In this document: piece by piece, positions 21,172-32,267 of the stretch
Position numbering within the stretch: the first letter of the stretch is position 1
Layout of the letters: each line of letters opens with the position of its first letter
Origin: Leidyana gryllorum EB-2025a
Lineage: Eukaryota > Protista > Apicomplexa
Assembly: GCA_048772705.1 (NCBI GenBank)
Contig: JBLWGC010000185.1
Coordinates: 70,436-134,435 of the forward strand
Reading direction: 5' to 3'
Length of the DNA stretch: 64,000 nt
Program-made: the position numbers and the translations under genes
The notes under the pieces: model-generated
Databases searched by the model: none
What the model was told of the DNA's origin: nothing
Seen by the model: only the letters and a program-made list of their open reading frames with translations

Positions 21172-24100
21172 ATGAGGCCAACCCAATTCTCGGAGCGAGC
21201 CGTCTTTCTCGACCGGCCAACGCGACGTCGTCCACCTCCTGCGTTTCTGGCACACTGGTTTTGGGCTTCTCGGCTTAAACTGGCAGCAAAACGCAAAGAC
21301 CCCTCGCGGCCAGTGGTGATACTGGAAGTTTCGGACGAGCCACCAACAAAGTCACGGAAGCGCGTAGTCCCGATGGCGGCCAGACGATCTCTGACGTTTA
21401 TATCCTCTGACTCGTCGTCGTCTTCTGCCAGCGATGAGGAGGTATCCATAGTTCGGACCAGTCGCCCAGTCAAACGTACTGACGCCCAACCGCCGACGAA
21501 ACACGACCCCGATGACGGCTGCTATTCGAGCCTCGAGGAAGGAGAGGTCCCCGAGAGAAGACGTCCGGCCCCCGCCGCCCCTAAAGAAGTGTGGTACTCG
21601 AGCGGTGATGAGGAAGAAGCAGCAGCAGAGAAGAAAGACAATAGTGTTGGCAAACGTTCAACTCACAATGGCCGCCAGTACACGTCCAGTCGGGCGGCCT
21701 GCAATGTGGTCCGTACCATTGCCCCCTCTCGCGACAGCAGAAGACGATCTCGGTCCCCCCCCTCCCGTTCCGGCCGAGCGCGACCCGTCTCCCCTTCGCC
21801 CTCCCCCTCCCCCTCCCCCCGGCGCCATCATCGACGCTCGCCCTCTCCCAAACCCCGCGGCCACCGTAACGATTACGTTCCCTCTTCGGAAGAGGACGAG
21901 GGACAAATCAAACTCCGCAATATAAGCAGACGACGACGACGACGTCAACCACGCGACGCCGCCTACTCGGACGACGAGGAACCTTCTTCACACGACGAGG
22001 GACGGAGACGCCGCAGCTATTCCTCTGACGATAACCGACGCAAGAAACCCGCCCTCCGTCGCCGCGTCTCGCCCCGCCGCGTCTCGCGCTCAGTCTCGTC
22101 TTCGTCCTCGGACAACGAAGAGGTCGCTGTCACTCGCCGACCTCTCAATCTGCCCGCGCAAAAGGGCGGCAGATACTCTGACGAAGAGGACGGGAGATAT
22201 TATGACGACCGCTCGGACGACCGGTCCCGTTCCTCCTCGCCGTCCGGCAGCGACAGCGGACGGAGGGGATATCGACGCAGACCTGAGCATTACGACGTCT
22301 CGGAGGCACAGCATCGGGGTCGAATCGTCGGCATCGGGCGGAAGCTTCAGCCCACCGCTGTGGTTGTCAACGAGTCATTAGCGGCTCCTCCATCGTCGTC
22401 GTTGAGATCGAAACTGTTGACGTCGTCTCAGGGAACCACCACCAACGGATCTCAACTGTTGACGTCGTCTCAGGGAACCACCACCGGATCTCCGGCTATG
22501 GGAATTCGTATCGCTCCTCCGTCGTAAGTTTGCACCGCCGCTCAGCTTCACCTTTTTCGTCTCCCCCACAGAATGGCGGCCGCAGCAGCTTTAGAAGCGG
22601 CTGGGAAAATCGTCCCGGCGTGGATGACCAAAGGAGAGGTGGTCCACAAGACGCTGGAGGAACTCGAAGAAGAGGCCAAACAGAAGACGATGGAACACAC
22701 CAAGAAGGCCAATGCGCGACTGAAGATTGACGATGCCGTCATCCAACAGCGACTTCAGGAAAAGTCTCGAACATTGGGCGGGACTCCGCTTCGGCGAATA
22801 CGGCCGCCTCGTGGAGCACCCCCCAACCGTAATGTGAGAATGAACCACCTAATGCGGTGACAAAAGCTCCCCATCTGAAGGTTCCATCAGTTGCCTCTGT
22901 AATCAAAAGTGCGGGAAAATCAGTGCCTTCGCCTAAACATCGACAAAGCGCTGCCTCCTCGCCTCTCAACCCCCTTCTGTCGCGCCCTGCCCTCTCCAAG
23001 CCTCAGCCGCGGAAAACATCCACCTCCTCGGCACCAAAGTCGGGAACAACAGCTACCGCCCCCACAGGGCGCACCACCACACCCAACAACCGCCCCCCAC
23101 TACCGCCTCCCAAGCCGGAGAGAACCGCCTCGGTGCACTCAGCTTCCACCTCCACGAAGCCGCCCAAAGCACCCAGCCCCAGAAAGGACTCGTCATCCAA
23201 ATCGTCAATCTCCACCTCCACAGCGCCCACCCGGGGATCCACTTCCACCATCAACCTCACCAAAATTGAGATCGCTACACTCCGCACTGTAGAACGCCAT
23301 CTCAGCGCACTACCGCCCGGCATCGTGGACCCACCTATCAACTCCACTGCCCAGAAAGGCGCATCCTCGCCCTCCGCGGCCCTCCCGCCCTGGAAGTCGT
23401 TGATCAAAGAGAATCCGTCCCCATCGGACCGCTTAACGCTGTTCGCAGCCCACCGCGGAGTGCGCCTTGGCGCTATAATCGCTATGCAGGCCTGCAACGC
23501 ACAAAGCATATATATACCCCCTTTGGTCACTGCTTTCCATCGTAACATATTCCAAATGATGTGGTGGGATCATTACTTCACTCGATCTGTAACCAACGGA
23601 ATCGATCTGGCATCTGTATACCTTGAAGCTCACAAGGGCGCCATACCTGAAATTGAAGGCTGCTGGGAACTCTTCAAGTCAAACTATGTCGCGTCCCAAG
23701 TCCAAACCAAGGATAGATCACCCAGACTCAAGAAGATTGCACCCACAAAGATCGTTGACATTATAGCTGAATATTGCCATTTCAGTTTTGAACCAAAAGG
23801 GTCATCACAGTATTGGTGGTATCGTGGTCTCTTGCACGAATTGCTCCGAAACACAAAGTATGCGAATCTGGATCAATATCCATTTGACTTTCGAGGTTCC
23901 GTTGGTATTAACATTTTTCCACCACCTCCGCCTTCCCCCGCCACTTCCAAGTCACAGGGCCGGTGCGTAATATCTGCAGACAACAATCTCACCAATGTCG
24001 GTGCCTATGAGTCATTCTGTGCCTATTACGCCGCTGATGTTGCTGCTTCTGTGCTGAGGGCCCTCCCACAATTGCCGTCGCCGAAAGGACACACGTGTGT

Positions 24101-27100
24101 GTTCGCCATTGATGTTCCCACATTAACCTATGCTTTCAACTCTTTGCTTAGTCAATTGATGCGTTGGCAAGTCGGTGTTGCACAACAACGCTGTAGCCTT
24201 CAAGCGCGCCAATCGTCTGCACAAATGCTGACATACTTCCTGTCACGAGGTCCCGATCATGTGTGGTGCACAAACAGTCTAAAATGTGAGCTGATCTCTA
24301 CCATCAGACGTTCCATCCGAGTCATGCCGCTCACCGAGGTGCCCTCTCAGCGCTCGTCGATCTGGTATTATTTCAAAACCCCTAGCGTCCTGAGGATCGT
24401 CCTCCAACACCTTAACCTTGATTATCGTGAAAGTATATTGGAACGGGCTAGAGAGGACCTTGGAGACCGTGGGCGAAGCGCTAGATGGCACTGGCTCAAA
24501 CGATTCTTCGAGACTGCGTGCAAGGGTTCTGTGAGTTTTGACGTTGGACTGGACCGGTATCGATTTGATTTTCGATATTTTGTTCCGACGGCTAATGGCG
24601 CTGACTCCACACCCAGTGCCTCCCCACCCATCTGCCGAGACTACCTTCGCCCGATAGCAATTCCTTTGGATCCCCAGCAACCTGTGAGGAGGAAACAGCT
24701 CACAATGCCCTGGCCGATCTCCTTCTTCGTTCATGACGACGGACAGAAGCAGCATAACAGCCGACGAGTCACTTGTAGTCCTCAGACCCAGGCCATGAAT
24801 CGAGGATCTATTGTGGCAGATTGTCTGCTGGTGGGTATCGTTAGCTCCAAGCCGCCTATCAAGACTGGTGACGGAGGAATAGCATATGTAGATGTCGAGT
24901 TGCTGCGGAGATGTGTCACTCAAGAGCTCGAAACGATGGATATTGATACTGATCCCCACAAAGCGCCGTTTGAAGTCAAGCAGTTGGCAAAGAATCTTCG
25001 GGAAGCGATCAATATGAATGGTGGCAAAGAGGTGTGGCTCAATGGGCCTCCGAAGAATCGGCATACAATATGGGTGCCGTTCGAGTTGGACGACCGCAAC
25101 GCTCCGTTGTGGTTGAGCGAAGCTATTGTCAATACAATCAATGTGGGTGACATTAAAGTTCCGCCGCCTGACAATTTGCGGTATTGGTGGCTCCGAGGTT
25201 TGTGGGGAACGTTATTGCGGCACACCCCCTACGAGAATCTGGATCGACCGCCGATAGATCTTCGGCAAAATCTGGCCATTTCTCCCCCTTTGGTGGCTCT
25301 CTCCCAAAAGAACCATCGAGCTTTCCAGCTGGGCATTGAGTGTGGACACCGCTTTCAGCGCATTGTCCTCGAAGGGTCGCTTGCAGCCACGTCCACAGCG
25401 AAAGCTTTCTCCATAACGCGTCTGCCGCTCCTGAGCGAAGCCGTCAAAGGATGTCTCGCCGCCTTTAGACAGATTGCCTCCGACACCCGGATTTTGAGCA
25501 CCGTCATCGAGTGTGCGGAGAAATGTCGCAACTTTTATGAGAGTACCGGTCAATGCCCGACTGACAACGTTTATGGGAGGATATCGTCCGCCTGTTTGCC
25601 AGTTGAGTCCATGACTGATTACAATTGGCTCGCCTCTGCCCTCTACTGTTGTTTCACACAAGTCAACATCGAGCCTCCACTGAAAGGCGGGTTTGACCTC
25701 ATTTACAAAGTAAATGTGTCAGCCTGGTGGCGTGCGCGGGGTTTCTTCACTCTTCTGCTTCATCTCAGTCCCTTTGCCCATTTAGACACGCGACCCTTCG
25801 ACTTTGGTCTCGAGGCAGCGGCACAAGCGAATAAGGCTGACAGCTCCGACATCAGCGAGTCACAATCGGAGAGTTTGGCTAATCAAAGCACTGAGCGACC
25901 AGAGGCAGTCTCCCGAGCGGTGGAAAAGGCTCCGACACGCTCGAAAGATGCAGACGTACACAAGCGTCAAGCTGCCGCGGAAGAAAGAGCTGTTCGGCCC
26001 CCCGTCGTGACCCAGGTGACCTCTGGAGAGGCAACTGGAACTGGAACTGGAAACACCGTCACTGGCTTGTGTCCCAGTCCACCGGTTCCCTCAGAGCCCG
26101 TGGCACCAGTGCCCTCACCTTCGGGAACGAGCAATATGTCGCGCATTACCTCCGCGTCTCCGACCCTTGAGGAGGCCACAGAGGAGTACCGACTATTGGA
26201 TCCTTCGGGAGACGAGGCGGACAACTTTGTCAATATGGGAATGGATTACGCCTACCGACTCTTACGGTCGCTTCCGTTAGCAAAGATTGTCGCTGGCGGC
26301 GACCCGGAGGGGGATCAGGAGGCAGATGAGCGGTTTGAAGTGATTAAATCGCAGAAGCCGACCCCATCGACGTCACCTCGCAAAGGAACGAAAAGGTTCA
26401 ACTCTGCCCTGAGAGCTCTCGCCACATATTTTGTTATCGTTTATGGAGGGGATGACGACGAGAGCGAGGAGTCGAGCCGAGCAGTTGTGGAGCAGGCGTT
26501 CGGCACTCTGCTTAAGAGCGCTCAGAGCACGCTGGAGGCTCTCAGAACGACTCAGAAGGTCGCCGACTGCAGATCTTTCGCATTGGCGGTGGTACATCGG
26601 ACACCACCCAAATATTGGAAGTTTGACAATGATCTGAGTGTGACGCCTGATTACTGGCTGCTGATGGGATTCTGGAGAATCTTTCTGCGGGGCACTCCGT
26701 ATCGACATTTGACAACGAAACCAATTGATATGCGTCGGACTGTGAAACGCGGAGGCGTTCGGATTGTGCGAGTGCTACCGAGACTTACAACTCCGTCACA
26801 GGGGTGGTCACAATCCAGCAGATGGGCCGCCGGAAGGTTGTCGGGGCTCTTTGATGTGATGGATGGGCAACTGGAGTGCACAGGTGCCAAGCTGGTGATT
26901 GACGAGGTGACTGCGGGGGAGGGCTGGTCGGCATTCTTCAAGTGGGCCATCAAGGACTCGGGTCGGATGATGGAGTGGCAATCGAACGAAGGGGGGGACA
27001 TCGAGGCACTCAGGACATTGTCTAAGAGACTGACTGCATCAGTGAGTTTCCAGGCAGTGGAAGGCGGTAGTGTGGAGTCTGTGGTCGCCCCCTGGGTGTC

Positions 27101-27641
27101 GAGAACAAAGTTGGCGTTTGTGGAAGTGATGGTGAAGCAGGTCAAACAATATGATCTGTGCGCACTCCGTACAGAGGATGTGAAAGCGTATGTGTGGGTT
27201 CGTGCGTTCTGCGAGAGTCTGGTGGTGGACACCCCGTACGAGTCACTGACTGTGAAGCCTCTGGACTTTCGAGTGCCACAAGTTGTGCCGGGACTTCAGC
27301 CGGCGAGATTTACGGGAATTATGGAGCTCCATAGTGCAGCGGGACCAGCGGACGGGAAAGTAGCGATGTCTGTGGGAGTGATCCACAAGTCGTACTACAG
27401 CTTATATTATCGAGCACTCGGAAATCTTCGGTTACAACGCGTGGATTGCGATCCGATCGTTTTACTGCCCCCGTTACGACCAAGTACAGTGGGACGCCTC
27501 TGGAGTACGATCACCGGTCGGACGGCCGGCGACGAACCACCACACACACCAACAGAGTCGTCACCCTCGAGTACACCGACCAGTGAATCGCCACTTGTGC
27601 GAGCTATGAAGTTCTTCTTCCGATCTGGAAGTGCCGTCTGA
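21172..27641 (+). CDS. Giant hypothetical protein (~2100 aa): RS/Pro-rich disordered N-terminus plus six repeated helical modules
   Basis: ORFs 21172-22527, 22573-22860 and 22857-27641 join in frame through introns ~22524-22571 and 22829-22867. The last ORF opens at a GTG just after an in-frame stop, with no ATG near its start. An alternative start is ATG 21373. Confidence 0.7.
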
Positions 27642-27748
27642 GACGACGAGCAGCAGCAAGCAAGCAGGCCAGAAGGGTGGTAAAAGGCTAGGCTGTGATT
27701 GTAATTGTTGGGGTTGATGGGCACTGACTGACATATGACAGAAGAAGC

Positions 27749-28333
27749 TTAGAAAGTATATGAATGGTGCTGCTGCGAAGCGGTAAGCATATTTGTAGTG
27801 CCCTTTAGGTCGACCTGTCCTCCGATGGGGAGGAGGCCGATACCAGCTGCCGCATACGCAAAATATCCCAGCATAACTAGCGAAAGGACTATGTAAACCG
27901 CACGTTGGAGAACGAGGTTCACCGGGAAGTCCACCGACTTCTGCAGGTCGTCAAACTGTTTGTTCCCACTCATTAGAACTCTGAAGGCTGTGAGCATCGC
28001 GTATCCGACAATGATGAATGAAAAGAAACCGCTTCCAGTCATCCAGATCATAAAGGCATTCAGAGCCAAACTCTTCACCGGCATAGTCGCAAGAGCCCAG
28101 GCGTTCTTCTGTATCACAGCCTTAGCTGCAACGCTGGACGTATTCTGCCACGCACTGCTGACACCTTCGCTGGTCTCAACACGTAGACGCTCCTCCTCTT
28201 GAACTATAGCTTCAGCCACATCGCGGCTCTGTAAAGACTTGAGTAGCGTTCCATGACACTTCCAGTTGACCAACTGGTTCAGAGCTTTATTGGACTTGCG
28301 CCCTGAGACCCCCCACCGACGCAAAGCTTCCAT
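27749..28333 (-). CDS. EMC4: ER membrane protein complex subunit 4
   Basis: KNAWALATMPVKSLALNAFMIWMTGSG...YAAAGIGLLP (DUF1077 pattern). Confidence 0.8.
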   Translation of the reverse strand: MEALRRWGVSGRKSNKALNQLVNWKCHGTLLKSLQSRDVAEAIVQEEERLRVETSEGVSSAWQNTSSVAAKAVIQKNAWALATMPVKSLALNAFMIWMTGSGFFSFIIVGYAMLTAFRVLMSGNKQFDDLQKSVDFPVNLVLQRAVYIVLSLVMLGYFAYAAAGIGLLPIGGQVDLKGTTNMLTASQQHHSYTF

Positions 28334-28360
28334 TCTGGAGTGAGGAATTTTTGAGTAAGG

Positions 28361-29208
28361 ATGTTGAGGACCCACGGAGCTGCTCGGCGGCAGCCCGTGC
28401 AGAAGGACTCCACGGTACCCCAACCCGCTCAGATACGTCTTCAGAAAGGTGAGCCTACCGTCGCCTCCAACATTACCCACATCGATCAAACAGAATTCAG
28501 CGAATTGGAACTACCGCCCCAGTGTGTTCTTGTTGACGTCAAGCAAGAGGACCTGGCGGAGTTCGGCGTGATAATCAAGCCAGACACTGGATACTGGCAG
28601 GTGAAGTTCCACAAACTTGTGTTCGAACATGTGCGTGTGTGTGCGCGGGCGCGGGCGCGAGCCCGACTGGAGATGGGTGTAACGACTTTAATAACGACTA
28701 TTGGTGTGAATCTGGGCTCTGGGTGCTGAACTGTTGTCTGTATGCCAACTTGCAGGGCGGTAAGTTCCGATTCAAGATCAACGTCCCCGTGACCTACCCC
28801 CACGATCCCCCCAAAGTGCGGTGTGAAACAAAGGTATGGTAGCAGTTGGCGTCGAAGGACGTTTGATCCTTCGTCACTGCTTCCTGTGTAATATGGTCGC
28901 TGGCAGGTATTCCACCCCAATATTGATTTGGAGGGAGCAGTATGCCTCAATATACTACGCGCCGAGTGGCGTCCTGTGTTATCGCTGTATGCGGTCATTG
29001 CAGGCCTACTGCATCTTTTCCTGGTAATTGAGGTTTTGTTTTCGCTGAGAAATGTGTGTGTGAATAGGCACCAGAGGTCTTTGAGCCCCTGAATCAGACG
29101 GCTGCTGATGAGTTATCACGTAACCCGTACCATTTTGGGGAAATGGTGAAAGCTTCGATGCAAGGCCGCGTTTTTTGGAAGGGGATAGCCTTCCCTGCAG
29201 TGCTTTGA
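28361..29208 (+). CDS. UBC12: NEDD8-conjugating E2 enzyme, 5 exons
   Basis: AQIRLQK|EFSELELP...IKPDTGYWQ|GGKFRF...[13 protein letters not shown]|[25 protein letters not shown]...PLN. Confidence 0.88.
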
Positions 29209-29244
29209 TAGAGAAATTTCGCATTACTTTGGTACAGACAAGTG

Positions 29245-30900
29245 ATGCTGAGCGGCAATGTGAGTGACCTTTTAATGAGCCCCGAAACACTGGGTAGCTG
29301 TGCAGATAGCTCCAACACTTGACACGGATGTTCGGGCGGCTTTACGAGAACGAGGACAGCCTCAGACCTTGTTTGGAGAGGGGGTGGGTCCATTTTTCGT
29401 CACACTCGCGATTGAATCCTTTTTAGCCATTTGAAAGGAGAGAGCGTCTCAAAGCCCTCTTAGTCCAACAGTCATCGACGGAGCGAATATCGACCACCAC
29501 TGCCCAAGATGCTGCCGACGAGCCCATAGTGGTAAGTGGTGAAAAGTGTGTGTGTGTGTATATCTACTGGCGTGTGTGGCAGGAGGAGTTGTTCTTTACG
29601 GAGGGAACGGCGGCTTTGAAGGCTGCGCGTTTGTGGGTGGCTCGTTATTCGATCCCGCGATCTCACGCACGTCTGCAAGCGTATCGAGAACGATTTCAAA
29701 ACGAGAATCCCTTGGAGGCTGAGGCGGAGCGATTGTCTTTCAACAATGATATACAGCGCCGATTACAGATTCAGTTGAGTCAGTCGGCGGATACGCGGCC
29801 GTTGAGTGCGGGCGCGTTCTCCCCGGACTCGAAGTATTTGGCTACGGGATCTTTCTCATCGAACATCCATTTTTGGAGCACGCAGGACGGCCAGAAGGTG
29901 GGCAGCGTGGCGCCCGATATTCACCTGGAGCGGGTCCACGGGCTCGCCTGGTACCCTTTCTGGCGGTCTTCGGACGAGAGCGGCGCACCGAACTCGTCGT
30001 CGGACCTTTTGGCTCTGGCGTCTTGCGACGCTGGTGGGCAGGTGTGCTTATGGAAGTGGGGAGATCAGAGCGAGCCGGCTGCTCGTGTGGGAATGCTTCT
30101 TGGGCACGAGGACAGAGTGAATCGATTAGACTTTCACCCGAGCGGTCGTTATTTGGCCTCGAGTTCCCACGACGAGACGTGGAGATGGTGGGATCTGCAG
30201 ACCCAAACAGAATTGTTGCTACAAGAAGGGCACGCGCGAGCTGTCTATGCTGTGAGGCATCACCCCGACGGTTCCATTGTGCTTTCATCGGACTTGGGAG
30301 GCGTTATGCGGGGGTGGGATCTGCGTACGGGGCGTACAGTGATGACTCTGACTGGTCACGTCAAACAGGTTCTGAGTTTGGACTTTCACCCAATGAGTGA
30401 GTGCTTCAATGTGTTTGGGCTCCAATTGACTGTCAATGTCACCGCGTTGTCTCAGGTTCTCACATTGTCGCGTCGGCTTCTGGAGATCGAACAGTAAAAC
30501 TGTGGGATATCCGGAAAGCGGACTGTTTCGAGACGGTTTTGGCCCATAAGAATCTGATCAGTACTGTCAAGTTTGAGGTGAGTGCGGCTGCAGGCGGTGC
30601 AGACTTTGACTGACTCTCTGTTTGCAGCCAAAAGAAGGCCGTTATATGTTGACTGCGGGTTTCGATCGCGAAGCGCGTCTTTGGTCGAGCGACACTTACA
30701 CGTGTTTCAAAGTGCTGCCGGGGCACGAAGGGTTTATAATGTCTGCGGACATCGCGCCAGGTGGGTGGGACTTATTAGAGTTGTGGACATTATTAGAGTT
30801 TGCAGATGGACGGCGTGTCGGGACGATGGGTTACGATCGAACGTTCAAATTGTGGCACACGGTGGATGAGGATGACGGTATGGGTGAGGGAAACGGCTAA
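29245..30900 (+). CDS. PRP4: U4/U6 snRNP WD40 protein Prp4, multi-exon
   Basis: SFM motif PTLDTDVRAALRERGQPQTLFGEG|PFERRERL, then FFTEG...ARLWVARYSIPR and WD40 repeats including FHPSGRYLASSSHDETWRWWD..LLLQEGH. Confidence 0.92.
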
Positions 30901-30929
30901 AAATATATTGGATTTTTTGGGGGCTGGCG

Positions 30930-32248
30930 ATGAGTGACGAGACGAGCAGACAGAAGAGAGAGTTGGAGGAGACGGTCGACCCCACGACAGCGACTGCTGA
31001 GCCCGAGGTCAAGAAGATCCGAGTTGATGATGGGGAACAGCAGCAGAAGGAGAAGGAGACTGCTGCCGGCAGTGGGGAGGTCGACTTGGCCAGAGTGAAG
31101 AGACAGGTGGAGTATTATCTGAGTGACGATAATCTCCGATATGACCAATTCTTCCATCCGATCATTGCGAACGATCCCGAGCACTGGCTGCCAATGGGCA
31201 ATATACTGAGCTGCAAACGCATTCAGAACCTCAAAGCCACTGCGGAGGACATTGTCGAGGCTCTCAAAGACAGTGCACTCGAAGTGGCCAAGGCCGATGA
31301 TGGCAGCTACAAAATCCGTCGTGCCGCCCCTCTCCCGCCTTTGGAGCAGAGACCCGAGCGTCCGGCCCGCGGGGAGGGTCGGTTTGAGCGCAACTCTGCC
31401 GGCGGTAACGCCAAGAAGGCCGCAGATCTCCACAACGCCGGAGTCATTGTGCGCCTCGAAGGCATTCCGACCGAGGCGAGTTGGGAGACGCTCAAAACCG
31501 CTTTGGCGGCCAAGTTGCCGACGCCCCCCGCGCCCCCCGCCGGGCCCGACGGCAAAGAGCGGAAACCCTATTCGGCTATTCAGTTTATTTCCAAACCGAC
31601 TTCGGCTCGAACGGCGATTGCTTTGCTGCAGCCGTTCGAGAACGACGTCGAGCGACTGACTGCCGGAGAAGAGTTTGGCTCTTTCGAGGCTGACGGGGCC
31701 CAAGTCAAAGTGTCAGTGGTGACTGACTTCAATGAGGCTCAGGACTTTCTGCGCTCCCTCCCCCAAATCATCCGCAAGAAACGCGAACGGGAACTCCTCC
31801 GCAAAAGACGCGAACTCGCCAGCAAACCCATTCTCATGGGAGGCAATACCTTTGGATCTATAGAGCATCTCCGCAGATGCCTCAAAGAAGTACAAAGCGA
31901 ACTCGCACCTGGAAAGGTCGTCAACGCAAAGACCTCTGCTGTGGTAAGCCATACCGGAAACGACTCTCACTCACTCACTCTCTTCGTCAGCTCAAAGATC
32001 TCTTGGCATATCACCCCAACGGCGCGTCGAAGCTAAAGGACTTCCAGGAGTTCAAAGTTGACGCCCAGACCTTCCCGGGCAACAAGGGTGAACAGACCAC
32101 CAAGTGTTTCTTTGTTGTGCGTACCGATGGTTCGGTTGAAGACTTCTCAGTGCAGAAGTGCTTTGCTCAACTCGTCAGAAACCCTCCTTTTGCCCCCACA
32201 CCCGCCGAAGACGCCGAGAAGGAAAACAACGAAGCAGCAGCTGCTTAG
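30930..32248 (+). CDS. La-domain RNA-binding protein with C-terminal DUF3223/DCL-like domain
   Basis: La motif RQVEYYLSDDNLRYDQF, an RRM-like segment, and a C-terminal exon LLAYHP...KCFFVVRTDGSVEDFSVQKC. Confidence 0.85.
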
Positions 32249-32267
32249 AAATTCACCAACACTATCA

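Noticed and set aside
24089-24100. ACACACGTGTGT copy in the giant ORF as a member of the intronic motif family
   Set aside because: Lies in apparent coding sequence (GHTCVF) and lacks the GCT tail.
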